DNA of 64,000 nucleotides, taken from positions 64,001 through 128,000 of the forward strand of contig JACQQD010000001.1 in NCBI GenBank assembly GCA_016207165.1. Direction: 5' to 3'. Below the pieces are notes generated by a model. That model saw only the letters and a list, made by a program, of their open reading frames with translations. It was not told the DNA's origin and did no database searches. The stretch comes from Candidatus Micrarchaeota archaeon. GTDB taxonomy: Archaea > Micrarchaeota > Micrarchaeia > Norongarragalinales > Norongarragalinaceae. Positions 26,168 through 35,778 of this stretch are shown piece by piece (within the stretch, counting starts at the first letter, position 1; each line of letters opens with the position of its first letter). A program made the translations under genes and the position numbers.

Positions 26168-27172
26168 ATGGCTTTCACGTTGACGTTGGAGCAGAAACGC
26201 GAGCGGTCGCCGTACTACTACATTGGGCCGTCCAAGCACGCGGCCGTGCAGACGTGCCTTTGGACGAAGAAAGCGCTGACGGGCGAAGGATTCTGCTATA
26301 AGATGACGTTTTACGGCATCCAGAGCCACCGTTGCATCCAGTGGTCGCCTTGCCCGGTGCACTGCAACTTCGCCTGCCGTTTTTGCTGGAGGGACACGTC
26401 GATTCACTCCCCGCAATGGGAGGGACCGGTCGACGACGCCGAGACGCTGGTGCAGGCCTCCATCGACGGCTTCAACCATTTGCTTAACGGCTACCCTGGA
26501 AACCCCAAGACGGTTCCGAAACGAATGGAACAAAGTCTTGACCCCATCCACACCGCCATCTCGTTGGACGGCGAACCCACCTTGTACCCGGAATTGCCGG
26601 CGCTGATTCGAGCTTTTCACAAGCGGAAAATCACGACGTTTCTAGTCACCAACGGCTCCAACCCAAAAATGCTTCGCCTCTTGGCACAAGAGCAAAGCCT
26701 TCCCACGCAAGTCTACGTTTCGTTGTCGGCGTGGGACGAGGCGTCGTTTCAATCCATCCAAAAACCCCTCCAAACCGGTTTGTGGGACAATTACTTGGAG
26801 TCCTTGGACGTCATGCGGGAAATGGACCACGACCGAAGGGTGCTGCGCATGACGTTGGCCAAGGGCTTGAACATCACGCCGGAGTCCATTACCGGCTTCT
26901 CGGAAATCGTCGGCCGAAGCGGGGCCGAATACGTGGAAGTCAAGTCGTACACGCCCGTGGGCAAAAGCCGGCTGCGCCTGGGGCCCAATTTCGCGCCTTG
27001 CCATCAAGACATGCAGGCCGTGGCCAAGGATCTGGCGGAAAAAACGGGTTACCTCTACACGGCCGAGCACGAACCCAGCCAAGTCGTTTTGCTGTGCCGC
27101 GATGAATCGGCCAAACGCAACCGCATGCTGAAGTTGCGCGAGTTGGTTGGCTCCGAACGCGCTTTTTCGTAG
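26168..27172 (+). CDS. taw1: 4-demethylwyosine synthase (radical SAM)
   Basis: HAAVQTCLWT, CYK..FYGIQSHRC, CNFACRFCWR, SLDGEPTLYP. Confidence 0.95.
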   Translation: MAFTLTLEQKRERSPYYYIGPSKHAAVQTCLWTKKALTGEGFCYKMTFYGIQSHRCIQWSPCPVHCNFACRFCWRDTSIHSPQWEGPVDDAETLVQASIDGFNHLLNGYPGNPKTVPKRMEQSLDPIHTAISLDGEPTLYPELPALIRAFHKRKITTFLVTNGSNPKMLRLLAQEQSLPTQVYVSLSAWDEASFQSIQKPLQTGLWDNYLESLDVMREMDHDRRVLRMTLAKGLNITPESITGFSEIVGRSGAEYVEVKSYTPVGKSRLRLGPNFAPCHQDMQAVAKDLAEKTGYLYTAEHEPSQVVLLCRDESAKRNRMLKLRELVGSERAFS

Positions 27173-27243
27173 GAGTGCCAACCGGAAAATGACCCCGCAT
27201 TTTTTATAGGGGTTTCGCGACGTATTGTCTTAGGGCCCCCGGC

Positions 27244-28680
27244 ATGATGCGGTTTGAATCCACGAAAGACATTCCAATCCCCAAAGACCCGCTTCAACAA
27301 ATCATCGGACAACGGCACGCCGTCCAAATTGCCCGCATTGCCGCCAAGCAACGAAGAAACTTGTTGCTTGTCGGACCACCCGGCATTGGCAAAAGCCTTC
27401 TTGCCCAAGCCATTTCCTATCATTTGGAGCCCCCCAGTCAGGAAGTCAGCGTGCTTCACAACCCGGAGACTCCCGAGCGGCCGCTGGTGGAAGTCAAAAG
27501 CCGGGAACAGTTGGCCAAGGAACGGCGCATGTCCCAGCAAATCCAGGGCCGGGCCGTTACCCCTAAAGACGTGCCGAGTTTCGTCGCCGAACGCCTCGGG
27601 TTTCGCTGCCGCCGGTGCGGAAAACTCTCCGAGTCCCACGAGCGGGCGTGCCCGGCGTGCGGCGTGGACAAGTACGCGGCATCTTTCGGGCAAGGCGTGT
27701 TGAGTGAATACGTGCAGGACGTCAAGCCCCAGAACCGCGTGCACACCACGCGGCTTTTGGACGACGGCCGCGAGGAAGTGGTGGTCTACGAACGCCACGG
27801 CGAGAAAATCCGGGTGTTGGACCAACGCGCCTTGGAGAAATTGGACCAACTCAAGAAGAAAAAGCCTCGGAAAGTCTTGATGCCTTTCAACCGCCAGTCT
27901 TTCGTCATTGCCACCGGCGCGTCCGAGACGGAACTCTTGGGCGACGTACGCCACGACCCCTATGGGGGTCATGCCGGAGTCGGCGTGCAGCCGTATTTGC
28001 GCGTGGTGCCGGGATCCGTTCACGAAGCCCATGAGGGCGTCTTGTTCGTCGACGAATTGTCGGCGTTGGGCGGAATCCAGCGCTTTTTGTTGACGGCCAT
28101 GCAAGAGCGGAAGTACTCCATTGTCGGCCGCAACCCGCACAGCGCCGGCGCGTCGGTGCGTGTGGAGAGCGTGCCGTGTGACTTCATTTTGGTGGCGGCG
28201 TCCAACATCAATGACTTGCCCAACGTGTTGCCGCCGCTTCGCTCCCGCGTCGTGGGCAACGGCTACGAAGTGCTCTTGGATACGACCATGCCGGACACCG
28301 AGGAGAACCGCGACCAGTTGTGCCAGTTCGTCGCCCAGGAGATCGTGAAAGACGGCAAGATTCCGCACGCGTCCGCCGACGCCGTGGACGCCCTGCTGGA
28401 CGAATCCCGCCGCCGGGCGCGTCGCGTTGACGAGTCCGAGAACGCGTTGACGCTGCGGTTGCGCGAATTGTCCGGCGTGATTCGGTTGGCCGGCGACTTG
28501 GCGTGCGCGCAGGGAACCGAATTGATTTCCGCGGAACAAATTTCCGGCGCCATCCACCGCAGCCGCAACATCGAGGAACAACTCCGCGAAAAATACGGTT
28601 CGGTGTGGAAGGCCTCCGCCAAGGAATTCCAAACGCACTTGGAAGAGCGGTCCGCCCAGGACTCGCGGGACGTGGGGTAG
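27244..28680 (+). CDS. LonB-related AAA+ ATPase lacking the protease domain
   Basis: IPKDPLQQIIGQ, GPPGIGKS, LLGDVRHDP, HEAHEGVLFVDE, LTLRLREL; ends without the Ser-Lys domain. Confidence 0.88.
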   Translation: MMRFESTKDIPIPKDPLQQIIGQRHAVQIARIAAKQRRNLLLVGPPGIGKSLLAQAISYHLEPPSQEVSVLHNPETPERPLVEVKSREQLAKERRMSQQIQGRAVTPKDVPSFVAERLGFRCRRCGKLSESHERACPACGVDKYAASFGQGVLSEYVQDVKPQNRVHTTRLLDDGREEVVVYERHGEKIRVLDQRALEKLDQLKKKKPRKVLMPFNRQSFVIATGASETELLGDVRHDPYGGHAGVGVQPYLRVVPGSVHEAHEGVLFVDELSALGGIQRFLLTAMQERKYSIVGRNPHSAGASVRVESVPCDFILVAASNINDLPNVLPPLRSRVVGNGYEVLLDTTMPDTEENRDQLCQFVAQEIVKDGKIPHASADAVDALLDESRRRARRVDESENALTLRLRELSGVIRLAGDLACAQGTELISAEQISGAIHRSRNIEEQLREKYGSVWKASAKEFQTHLEERSAQDSRDVG

Positions 28681-28688
28681 TTTTCCAC

Positions 28689-29258
28689 ATGGCGAAGTTC
28701 AACCTCCGGAAACTTTTTGGAAACTTCAGGCCGCCGGAGCGCGTGCAAGCCCGGCAAAAAATCCGCGGTCTTGTGGCCCAGCGCGACGCGTCGCGCTTGC
28801 GTCATGTCTTTCGCGTGTCGGACTTGTCCCCCAGAGCGCGAAAAGCGTTGGTGGCGGCGTTGGTGGGAACCGCTTTGTTGGGCGCCAGCGCGGCGGGCCT
28901 GTCTTTGCTTTCCAGTCATTTGAACCGCGTCAACCGCCAACTTGACGTTGAAATGCAGCGTCAACAAGTGCAATCCCGGCAACAGGAATTTCGCTCCTAC
29001 CAGAACGAACAAGCCGCGCGTCGGCGCCGTGGGATGCCGGTCCAAACCTTGGACGAATACCACCGAAGCACCTATCAAGTTGCCCCGGAAGCGCCGGATT
29101 GGGTTCCAAAACCCGAACAAACCCCGGCGTTTAAGGCTCCAAAATGGGTGCCTTCCGAAGAAGAGGCTTCGCCTCGCCCGTCGCCTTCAACCCAGCGACC
29201 AGCGGATTTGAGGAAATTGGCTGGCCGGACGCGGCCAAGACGAATGGCAAGACGCTAG
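28689..29258 (+). CDS. hypothetical single-TM protein
   Basis: Hydrophobic segment followed by a Gln/Pro-rich tail. Confidence 0.55.
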   Translation: MAKFNLRKLFGNFRPPERVQARQKIRGLVAQRDASRLRHVFRVSDLSPRARKALVAALVGTALLGASAAGLSLLSSHLNRVNRQLDVEMQRQQVQSRQQEFRSYQNEQAARRRRGMPVQTLDEYHRSTYQVAPEAPDWVPKPEQTPAFKAPKWVPSEEEASPRPSPSTQRPADLRKLAGRTRPRRMARR

Positions 29259-29261
29259 AAC

Positions 29262-29699
29262 TTATTTCTTTTTTTTGTGGTGTTCCACGGCTTTCTGGAT
29301 GAGCGTCTTGTGGTGTTCCACGATGCGTTGGTCGTACTCTTCCAGCGGGACAATGACTTTGCCGGATTGGTAGACCATGACGGCGACGACGGCGACTCCG
29401 AACCAGAACAAGAACGTGGCCGCGGGGCCCAACATGACGCCGAGAAAGTCTTCGTACGTGAACGTGTAGAATCCGCCGAAGCTCGAATCAATGCTCCAAC
29501 CAAACAGTTGCGGCACCAGCGTGGGGTCAATCAAGGCGGCTCGCGCTTTCTCGACTTGGACGAAGAGTTGGTACAGGCTTTCCGCCAGCTTGAGCACGGA
29601 GGCGAACACGAAGAATGCGCCGGCGGTTTTCAACAAGTGCAGTCTTCGGCCGCCGATTTTCAGCCACATGACGCGGTGCAATGCCATAACGGTTTTCAC
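29262..29699 (-). CDS. hypothetical membrane protein
   Basis: Two hydrophobic segments. Confidence 0.7.
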   Translation of the reverse strand: MKTVMALHRVMWLKIGGRRLHLLKTAGAFFVFASVLKLAESLYQLFVQVEKARAALIDPTLVPQLFGWSIDSSFGGFYTFTYEDFLGVMLGPAATFLFWFGVAVVAVMVYQSGKVIVPLEEYDQRIVEHHKTLIQKAVEHHKKKK

Positions 29700-29758
29700 C
29701 TTCTACCCAAGTAACGGTTTGGCGCTTTTAAATACTTGGGAAAGCACTCTGCGTTTTC

Positions 29759-29831
29759 GGGTCCGTAGTCGAGTGGTTAAGACATCTCCTTTACGAGGAG
29801 AGGATCCCCGGTTCGATTCCGGGCGGGCCCA
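29759..29831 (+). tRNA. tRNA-Val(TAC)
   Basis: GGGTCCG/CGGGCCC acceptor stem; TCTCC-tttacga-GGAGA anticodon arm; TTCGATT T-loop. Confidence 0.95.
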
Positions 29832-29884
29832 TTTGCATAAAAATCAACCGAATCTTTAAATCCCGCTCCGTGCAGGTTGTTTCC

Positions 29885-30094
29885 ATGGAGAAAAAGTTCC
29901 ACGTCGTCCTTGAAGCCCAGGAGGAAGGCGGGTTCGTGGCCTATGTTCCGGAGCTTCCAGGGTGCCACACACAAGGCGAGACGAGGAATGAAGCGCTTGA
30001 AAACATTCGGCAAGCCAAGGAGCTGTATTTGGAGACCGTCAAAGGGAGGAAGGCCAGTCTACCGCACGTTGAAGTGCGCCTTCTTCCCGGTTGA
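29885..30094 (+). CDS. hicB: HicB-like antitoxin
   Basis: EEGGFVAYVPELPGCHTQGETRNEALENIRQA. Confidence 0.92.
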   Translation: MEKKFHVVLEAQEEGGFVAYVPELPGCHTQGETRNEALENIRQAKELYLETVKGRKASLPHVEVRLLPG

Positions 30095-30100
30095 TTTTCT

Positions 30101-30196
30101 TTGGCCAAGTTACCGGTGTTGACAGGTCGCCAACTCATTCAAGTTCTCAAACCTTGGAATCCCTCGGCAAGAGTTTTAGGCCCTGGTTTAATTTGA
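30101..30196 (+). pseudogene. hicA: truncated HicA toxin remnant
   Basis: (M)AKLPVLTGRQLIQVLK matches a HicA N-terminus, then diverges and stops at 31 aa without the GSH motif. Confidence 0.65.
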
Positions 30197-30217
30197 TTCA
30201 TCTGCTTTTGTCTTTCC

Positions 30218-30625
30218 GTGTCCAAACCCCCGTTCCCAACCCCTTCCGCTTTGGCCTGCGGGCTTCTGCGCGACGGAGAACGATTCCTGTTTTTGAAGCA
30301 AAAAGACGGCCAGGGAATCGAGCACATTGGTTTTCCATGCGTTTTCGTGTTTCGCGGCGAGGATGCCGTGAAAAAACTTTCGGAAGCGTTTTTGGAACAA
30401 ACCGGGATTGACGGCCATGTCCGCGAAGTCCTTTTGGAGGCAAGGCACAATGCGGGCTCCCGCCGGAAAAAGCGTTTCATTGCGTGCCTGGGGTTCTTGG
30501 TGTCGGCAAAGTCCGCCAACGCAGCCCCCGGCAAAGGCTTCACGGGTTTCGTTTGGCTGTCCTTGAAAGATGCGAAAACACGGAAGCTTTTGCGCTTTGC
30601 GGAATGGATTTTGAGTGGCCGCTAA
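30218..30625 (+). CDS. degenerate NUDIX-fold protein
   Basis: GLLRDGERFLFL, GFP....GED....L..AFLEQTGI (degenerate Nudix box), FVWLS. Confidence 0.6.
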   Translation: MSKPPFPTPSALACGLLRDGERFLFLKQKDGQGIEHIGFPCVFVFRGEDAVKKLSEAFLEQTGIDGHVREVLLEARHNAGSRRKKRFIACLGFLVSAKSANAAPGKGFTGFVWLSLKDAKTRKLLRFAEWILSGR

Positions 30626-30657
30626 GCCCTTAAAACCGCGCTCCGCGTTCTTGTTTC

Positions 30658-31683
30658 ATGGCGTTCGTCATCGCTTCCCATGCCGAGGACATCGCTTCCG
30701 CCAAAAGGCAGGCGCTCGTCGTGAAAGCCGCCGTGTACCGCCACGACGTGGCGTGGAGTCTGCACTCGGATTTTGCGGGGGTCGGCATTTGGGCGAAGGC
30801 GTTTGCCAAGACGTGCGGGTTTGAAGTCTTTTACTCGAACGCCGAAAAACTGCCGGGACCCGCGTTTTCGGGGCCGCACGGAGGCTTCAATGCGGGCTTG
30901 CTTTTGGGTTTTCTGCATGACGCGGGTGTCGTGTGCTTGCGGCACGACGTGGTCTTGCATGAGGCGGCGTTGGATGGCTTGGCTGGAACTCACGCTGGCG
31001 CACTGTTGGGGGCGTGTCACGGCTTTTGCCAGCACCCGGTGGCCGCTCGAACGAAAATCCAAGAGGTTCTTCACAGCGTCAAGGCCGGCGTGGTTTCCAA
31101 GGCGTTTGCCAGCAAGCAGTTGGCCGACGTGGTTTCCGGGAAATGGGATTCCGACGAGTTTCACCCGTGTTTTGACAGCTTGTTCGTCTCGCCGCATGCC
31201 GCGGGGTCGTGTCCGATTCCGCCGTGGAGCGTGGAGCCTTTCTTGTTGTACAGCCAGGTCGCGTACCGGTTCGGAGTTCACGTGGGGCAAGCCGATCGGC
31301 CGTGGACCCGGCACGAACAAAACGTTTCAACGCCCTTGAACGTATTGTGGCGGGATTACCACGCCACGCAGGCGCTGGCGGGAGTCATTCAGTACGTGTT
31401 GGACAAGACGTCGTTTCGGACGGTGTCGGATTACTTGTTGGACGAGGCGGCGACGTCCGTCTTATGGGACGATGAACCGTTTTTGACGTCCAACCTTTTG
31501 GCCGCCGTCTCCGCCGTGGACGAGCCCCTGGCGAAGTCTCTTGACGCCTTGAGCCGGCCAGTGCCGATTCACGCGAAGAACCTCAAGGTTCCCGCGAAAC
31601 TTTTTTTGGAGGCCCAAACGTCTTGGGAGAAAACCCTTCAGCACGCGGGGCAAACCGGGTTGGTCGAGTCGCTTCGGCTTTGA
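30658..31683 (+). CDS. hypothetical protein, possibly degenerate GT-A fold
   Basis: 341-aa ORF with TATA upstream; FNAGLL..VVCLRHDV weakly GT-A-like. Confidence 0.55.
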   Translation: MAFVIASHAEDIASAKRQALVVKAAVYRHDVAWSLHSDFAGVGIWAKAFAKTCGFEVFYSNAEKLPGPAFSGPHGGFNAGLLLGFLHDAGVVCLRHDVVLHEAALDGLAGTHAGALLGACHGFCQHPVAARTKIQEVLHSVKAGVVSKAFASKQLADVVSGKWDSDEFHPCFDSLFVSPHAAGSCPIPPWSVEPFLLYSQVAYRFGVHVGQADRPWTRHEQNVSTPLNVLWRDYHATQALAGVIQYVLDKTSFRTVSDYLLDEAATSVLWDDEPFLTSNLLAAVSAVDEPLAKSLDALSRPVPIHAKNLKVPAKLFLEAQTSWEKTLQHAGQTGLVESLRL

Positions 31684-31727
31684 ATCCGTTGCTATTAACT
31701 AGGGGCTTTGCCTTGGTTTTCTCGGTT

Positions 31728-34508
31728 ATGCGTTTCGTTCCGGCGCTCTGTTTTTTCCTGGCCTTGGTTACGGCCGTTTCCGCTTCGCCTTTGGATGACG
31801 TGGCCGTGCATGCGGCCCAATACGAGCGGGGGGAAACCAGTTTTCTCCAACTCAAGGTGTTGCTGGTGGAAAGCCGCGACGAATTGATGCGGTCCGTGGA
31901 ACGCGACTTGGTCCAAGTCAACCCCGATGACGAGCATTTCCGGGGCTGGCCGAAAGAAGCGGCGGAACGCATCTTGGGCGAACCCACGCGTGTGGAGCAA
32001 TGGGTGTGGATTGAAAACCTCCAGGAAAGCCGTTTTGTCGTTGAAGGCCAGCCCGCGTGGGACCGGGTTTTGTTTGATGGCGAGAAACTGGAGGTGCGCG
32101 TGCGCGCGTTTCCCCATGCCATTGAACAGGGTAACCAATTGCTGCCGTTTTACTGGATTGATTTTGACACGACCTTGAAAACTTCGGAGCCGGATGTCGA
32201 CGTGTTGGCGGAGTTGGAGGCGTTGCGCGTCATGTTTTCGCTGTACCAGCAAACCGGCCAGGGCTTGCCGGACATTGCGAAGAAAGCCGTGGGTTTCGAG
32301 CGGTCGTTTCACGACCGCGATTTTTCCGCGGCCTCTTGTGAGGCGTCTTTGTCGGAACTCTTCAAGCAGTCCCTGCAAGCCGAGGAGCGCCTCATTTGGC
32401 GGGGTCTCTTGTATCAAGGCGCCGACGGGGCGCTTTGGTTGCAGGTCGACGAGCGGCAAAACGAGAACTGGCATGGATTGGACTCGTGGGTGGAAGTCAA
32501 CGTCAATTATCCGTACCACGATGTTCGAGGGGTGGACCGGGAATCCTTCAAAACCCGTCCGGCGTCGGAGCTCTTGGCGTTGTGGAAACAACATGTCGCG
32601 GCGCTTGAACAAAACGGGCCTTCGGATTCAGGTTTTGCGCGTCGCGTGTCGGAAGTCAACGCGTTGGGAAACGTGTTATCCGAGAAAGCCAACGATGTTG
32701 CCGACCCATTCACCGTTGAACAATGGCAGGCGGAACTAGAGTCCGCGTTTGACGCCTACACCACCGGCTTTTCGAAAACCCTGGTGCGCGAGAAAAACGT
32801 GCACATCGCTTTGTTGTCCATGAACCAGACCCGTTCGAACTCCTATTGCCAGCCCGAACACCAGGAATGCGGGTTTTCGGACCGCTGCGAGAACGCGCAA
32901 TGCGTGTTGGACCCCAGTCGCGGACCCCCAGAACCCGAGTTTGAACCTCCGGAATTCGTGGAACCGGTTCCGCCTATTGAACTGCCAGCGCCCGTGTCGG
33001 AACCCGTTGGTTCCGCGCCCACGGAAAACCCCTCGCTTTCGCCGACTCCGTCTGGTTCCCCGGCTGCAAGCCCGACGCCTTCCGTTGAACCCAGTGCCTC
33101 GCCGTCTCCGAGTCCCTCTGCGAGCCCAAGCCCGTCTCCGTCCGCGGAACCATCGTCTTTACCTAGTCCATTTCCAAGTCCGTCGCCCGCCGCCAACTTG
33201 TCCGCCCCAAGACTCTTCACGGGTTTTCTGACGCTTTCGGTTCCCGAAGAACCGGTGAGCTGCAATGCCAACCAGGTGTTCAACCCGGAATTCGGTCACT
33301 GCACGTGTTCCGCAGGATTTTTTGACTGCGACGGGGACTGGATTAACGGCTGCGAGTCGACGGTACAATGTCGTGAGTGTCAAGCGGACGCGGATTGCGC
33401 GCTGGCGCGCTGCGACGGCGACTATTCCACGGTCCGGTTCGTCTGCCGTTCAGGCGAGGCGTTTCAAGAACAGGTGGCGGCCGCGGAATTCGGCGCTTTT
33501 TGCCGGGAGGGCGTTGCGCGCGACGAATTCGGCGCGTGGGTCAGTGCATGGGGCGAAGGGTTCGAGTCCTTTGACCGGTTCAAGCAGGACGCGTGGAACG
33601 AAACGGAGAACCAGTGGTGCCAGCAGGAATTTGAATCGGCTCGGCTGGAGCGCTTGGCGTTGCAGGAAAGTTTGAACGACGAGTTCTTGACGTGGTTTTT
33701 CTCGGAGTTCGTGGACGAAAACGCCCGCGACTTTGAATCGCACGGCCGGTCGGTGCACGCCGTTTTTGACGCACTTCAAAGCGTGAACAGCGAATTGGCG
33801 CGCAGCATGGGCTGCTTGAAAATGACGGAATTGCCCGCCGAATTCAAGCCGGTATCCGTTTCCTTTGATTCCTTGGGGGGCGACGTGACGATTTGGGAAG
33901 AAGTCAAAACCGATGAAGAATTCGGGGAAGGAAAAACGCCCGTGATTTCCCCCTACGTGAAGATGTGGTTTTTCCCGCCCAAGGAAGAGTTCAAGAAGAT
34001 CTTCACGGAAAAAGTCAAGGAAAACTTTGTCGGCCCCACGCCGTCGGAAATCCAGTTCATCCGCCAGGACGAACAAGCCATGGCGAAAATCCGGAGCATT
34101 GCCAACGCGTTTGGCGGCGACGCCCGCATCGTCTTGGAGGTGCGCGACGGCGATGAAGTGGTATTGCGCAATTACAACGTGATCAACGAACGCGACGTCA
34201 TGAAAGTCTCTTTCGTGGATGAAGCGCCGCCGGACGCCAAAGTCACTTTGGTCATCGAATTTGACTTTTTGTATTCCATGATGGAAACCATCATCAAGGA
34301 TTTGGAGGGCGCCCGCACCCAGGGCCCGTGGTGGGAGGACCAATCCGAGCGGCCCCACGAATTCAACGAGGACCTCATCCCCATTCGCATGTTCTTGGGT
34401 TTGGTCGCCGGCATCTTCACCGGCGACATTCAAGTCCAGCCCGTCGACCAACTGCCGGCTGTAATCAGCGTGATTTCGGAATTGATGCAGGTCATGCCGA
34501 AACAGTAG
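31728..34508 (+). CDS. large secreted protein with Ser/Pro linker and Cys-rich module
   Basis: Signal peptide; (SP)n tract; CDGDWINGCE module. Confidence 0.8.
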   Translation: MRFVPALCFFLALVTAVSASPLDDVAVHAAQYERGETSFLQLKVLLVESRDELMRSVERDLVQVNPDDEHFRGWPKEAAERILGEPTRVEQWVWIENLQESRFVVEGQPAWDRVLFDGEKLEVRVRAFPHAIEQGNQLLPFYWIDFDTTLKTSEPDVDVLAELEALRVMFSLYQQTGQGLPDIAKKAVGFERSFHDRDFSAASCEASLSELFKQSLQAEERLIWRGLLYQGADGALWLQVDERQNENWHGLDSWVEVNVNYPYHDVRGVDRESFKTRPASELLALWKQHVAALEQNGPSDSGFARRVSEVNALGNVLSEKANDVADPFTVEQWQAELESAFDAYTTGFSKTLVREKNVHIALLSMNQTRSNSYCQPEHQECGFSDRCENAQCVLDPSRGPPEPEFEPPEFVEPVPPIELPAPVSEPVGSAPTENPSLSPTPSGSPAASPTPSVEPSASPSPSPSASPSPSPSAEPSSLPSPFPSPSPAANLSAPRLFTGFLTLSVPEEPVSCNANQVFNPEFGHCTCSAGFFDCDGDWINGCESTVQCRECQADADCALARCDGDYSTVRFVCRSGEAFQEQVAAAEFGAFCREGVARDEFGAWVSAWGEGFESFDRFKQDAWNETENQWCQQEFESARLERLALQESLNDEFLTWFFSEFVDENARDFESHGRSVHAVFDALQSVNSELARSMGCLKMTELPAEFKPVSVSFDSLGGDVTIWEEVKTDEEFGEGKTPVISPYVKMWFFPPKEEFKKIFTEKVKENFVGPTPSEIQFIRQDEQAMAKIRSIANAFGGDARIVLEVRDGDEVVLRNYNVINERDVMKVSFVDEAPPDAKVTLVIEFDFLYSMMETIIKDLEGARTQGPWWEDQSERPHEFNEDLIPIRMFLGLVAGIFTGDIQVQPVDQLPAVISVISELMQVMPKQ

Positions 34509-34621
34509 CTTGCATTCTTGATGTGGCTCCTGACTCCAAAGCCCTTTTAAACCAATTCTTGCAAACCTTCTTCCTTGGGTTTGGCGGTGGCCGCTTCGCG
34601 GAAATCGTTCGACCTCAAGAT

Positions 34622-34819
34622 GCCGCTGTAGCTCAGCCTGATCGTTTAAACCCGGTTCGGGTTTAAGGCGAGGCTATGGAGAGCGTTCGATTTTCCTGAT
34701 GAGTTTTCATCCGGGAAAGACGAAGCTGAAGACCTGTCCTAGGCAGAAACCGATAGGAACCTGGCCCGTTTGGGTTTGGTTCTCGGTAAGTGCCGTGAGT
34801 TCAAATCTCACCAGCGGCA
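34622..34819 (+). tRNA. tRNA-Phe(GAA) with four introns (34641-34677, 34690-34724, 34732-34748, 34755-34789)
   Basis: Exons join to a 74-nt cloverleaf GCCGCTGTAGCTCAGCCTGGGAGAGCGTTCGGCTGAAGACCGATGTGCCGTGAGTTCAAATCTCACCAGCGGCA; BHB motifs at the junctions. Confidence 0.88.
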
Positions 34820-34901
34820 TTTTTCTTTTCTATTCTATTTTTGGTTTGCCGGTCCAAGCTTATTCTAACCTTTTTATGGTTTGGCGACGTATTTTTTCGT
34901 C

Positions 34902-35687
34902 ATGGCGAATCGTCAAACGGCTTTGATCACCGGCGCGTCCAGCGGCATCGGCTTGGAGTTGGCCAAGGTGTTTGCAGGACACGGGTATGCCTTGGTGTTG
35001 GTGGCGCGTTCGAAAGACGCGTTGGAAAGGGCGGCTGCTTTTCTTCGATCCGAGTTTGACGTAGCCGTTTTCGTGGTGGCCTTGGATTTGTCGGATTCGT
35101 CGGCGCCCAAACGGCTTTTTGACGTGTTGAAGAAAAAGCGGATTGCCGTGGACGTGTTGGTTAACAATGCGGGGTTCGGCTTGCACGGCGAGTTTGTGGA
35201 CACGGATTTGAAGACGGAGTTGTCCATGATTCAAGTCAACGTGTCGGCGTTAACCGCGCTTTGCAAGTGGTTCGTCGGCCCCATGGCCCAAAAAGGTCGC
35301 GGCCGGATTCTCAACGTGGCCTCCACCGCCGCGTTTCAACCCGGTCCCTTCATGGCCGTCTATTATGCGTCCAAGGCGTATGTGCTTTCTTTTTCCGAGG
35401 CGTTGTCCGAGGAACTCCGTGGAACCGGGGTGACGGTGACGGCGTTGTGTCCGGGCCCCACGCGCACGCAATTCCAGCGCCAGGCCCGACTCGGTACCAA
35501 CCGACTTTTTTCAGGTCCCTTGGTCATGGATGCCTCGGACGTGGCGCGCATTGGTTTCAAGGCGTTGATGCGGGGAAAGCCGGTGGTCGTGACGGGTTTT
35601 TTGAACAAGTTGTTTTCGGAGGCCGTGCGTTTTACGCCGCGTCGCGTGGTGCGGCGGTTGGTGCGCAAGGTTCAAGAACGACGTTGA
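34902..35687 (+). CDS. SDR-family oxidoreductase
   Basis: TGASSGIG, NNAGFG, YYASK. Confidence 0.95.
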   Translation: MANRQTALITGASSGIGLELAKVFAGHGYALVLVARSKDALERAAAFLRSEFDVAVFVVALDLSDSSAPKRLFDVLKKKRIAVDVLVNNAGFGLHGEFVDTDLKTELSMIQVNVSALTALCKWFVGPMAQKGRGRILNVASTAAFQPGPFMAVYYASKAYVLSFSEALSEELRGTGVTVTALCPGPTRTQFQRQARLGTNRLFSGPLVMDASDVARIGFKALMRGKPVVVTGFLNKLFSEAVRFTPRRVVRRLVRKVQERR

Positions 35688-35778
35688 ACTCCAACCCTGG
35701 ATTAGGGGGTTGTCGCGTAGCGGCCTGAACGTATTCTTTAAAACGGGGGACGTCGTGGGTTGTGTTGGTGTAGTTTGC

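Noticed and set aside
33020-33195. Ser/Pro DNA repeats as a non-coding repeat element
   Set aside because: Explained by the in-frame low-complexity linker of the secreted protein.
34699-34926. 75-aa ORF
   Set aside because: It overlaps the intron-containing tRNA-Phe.
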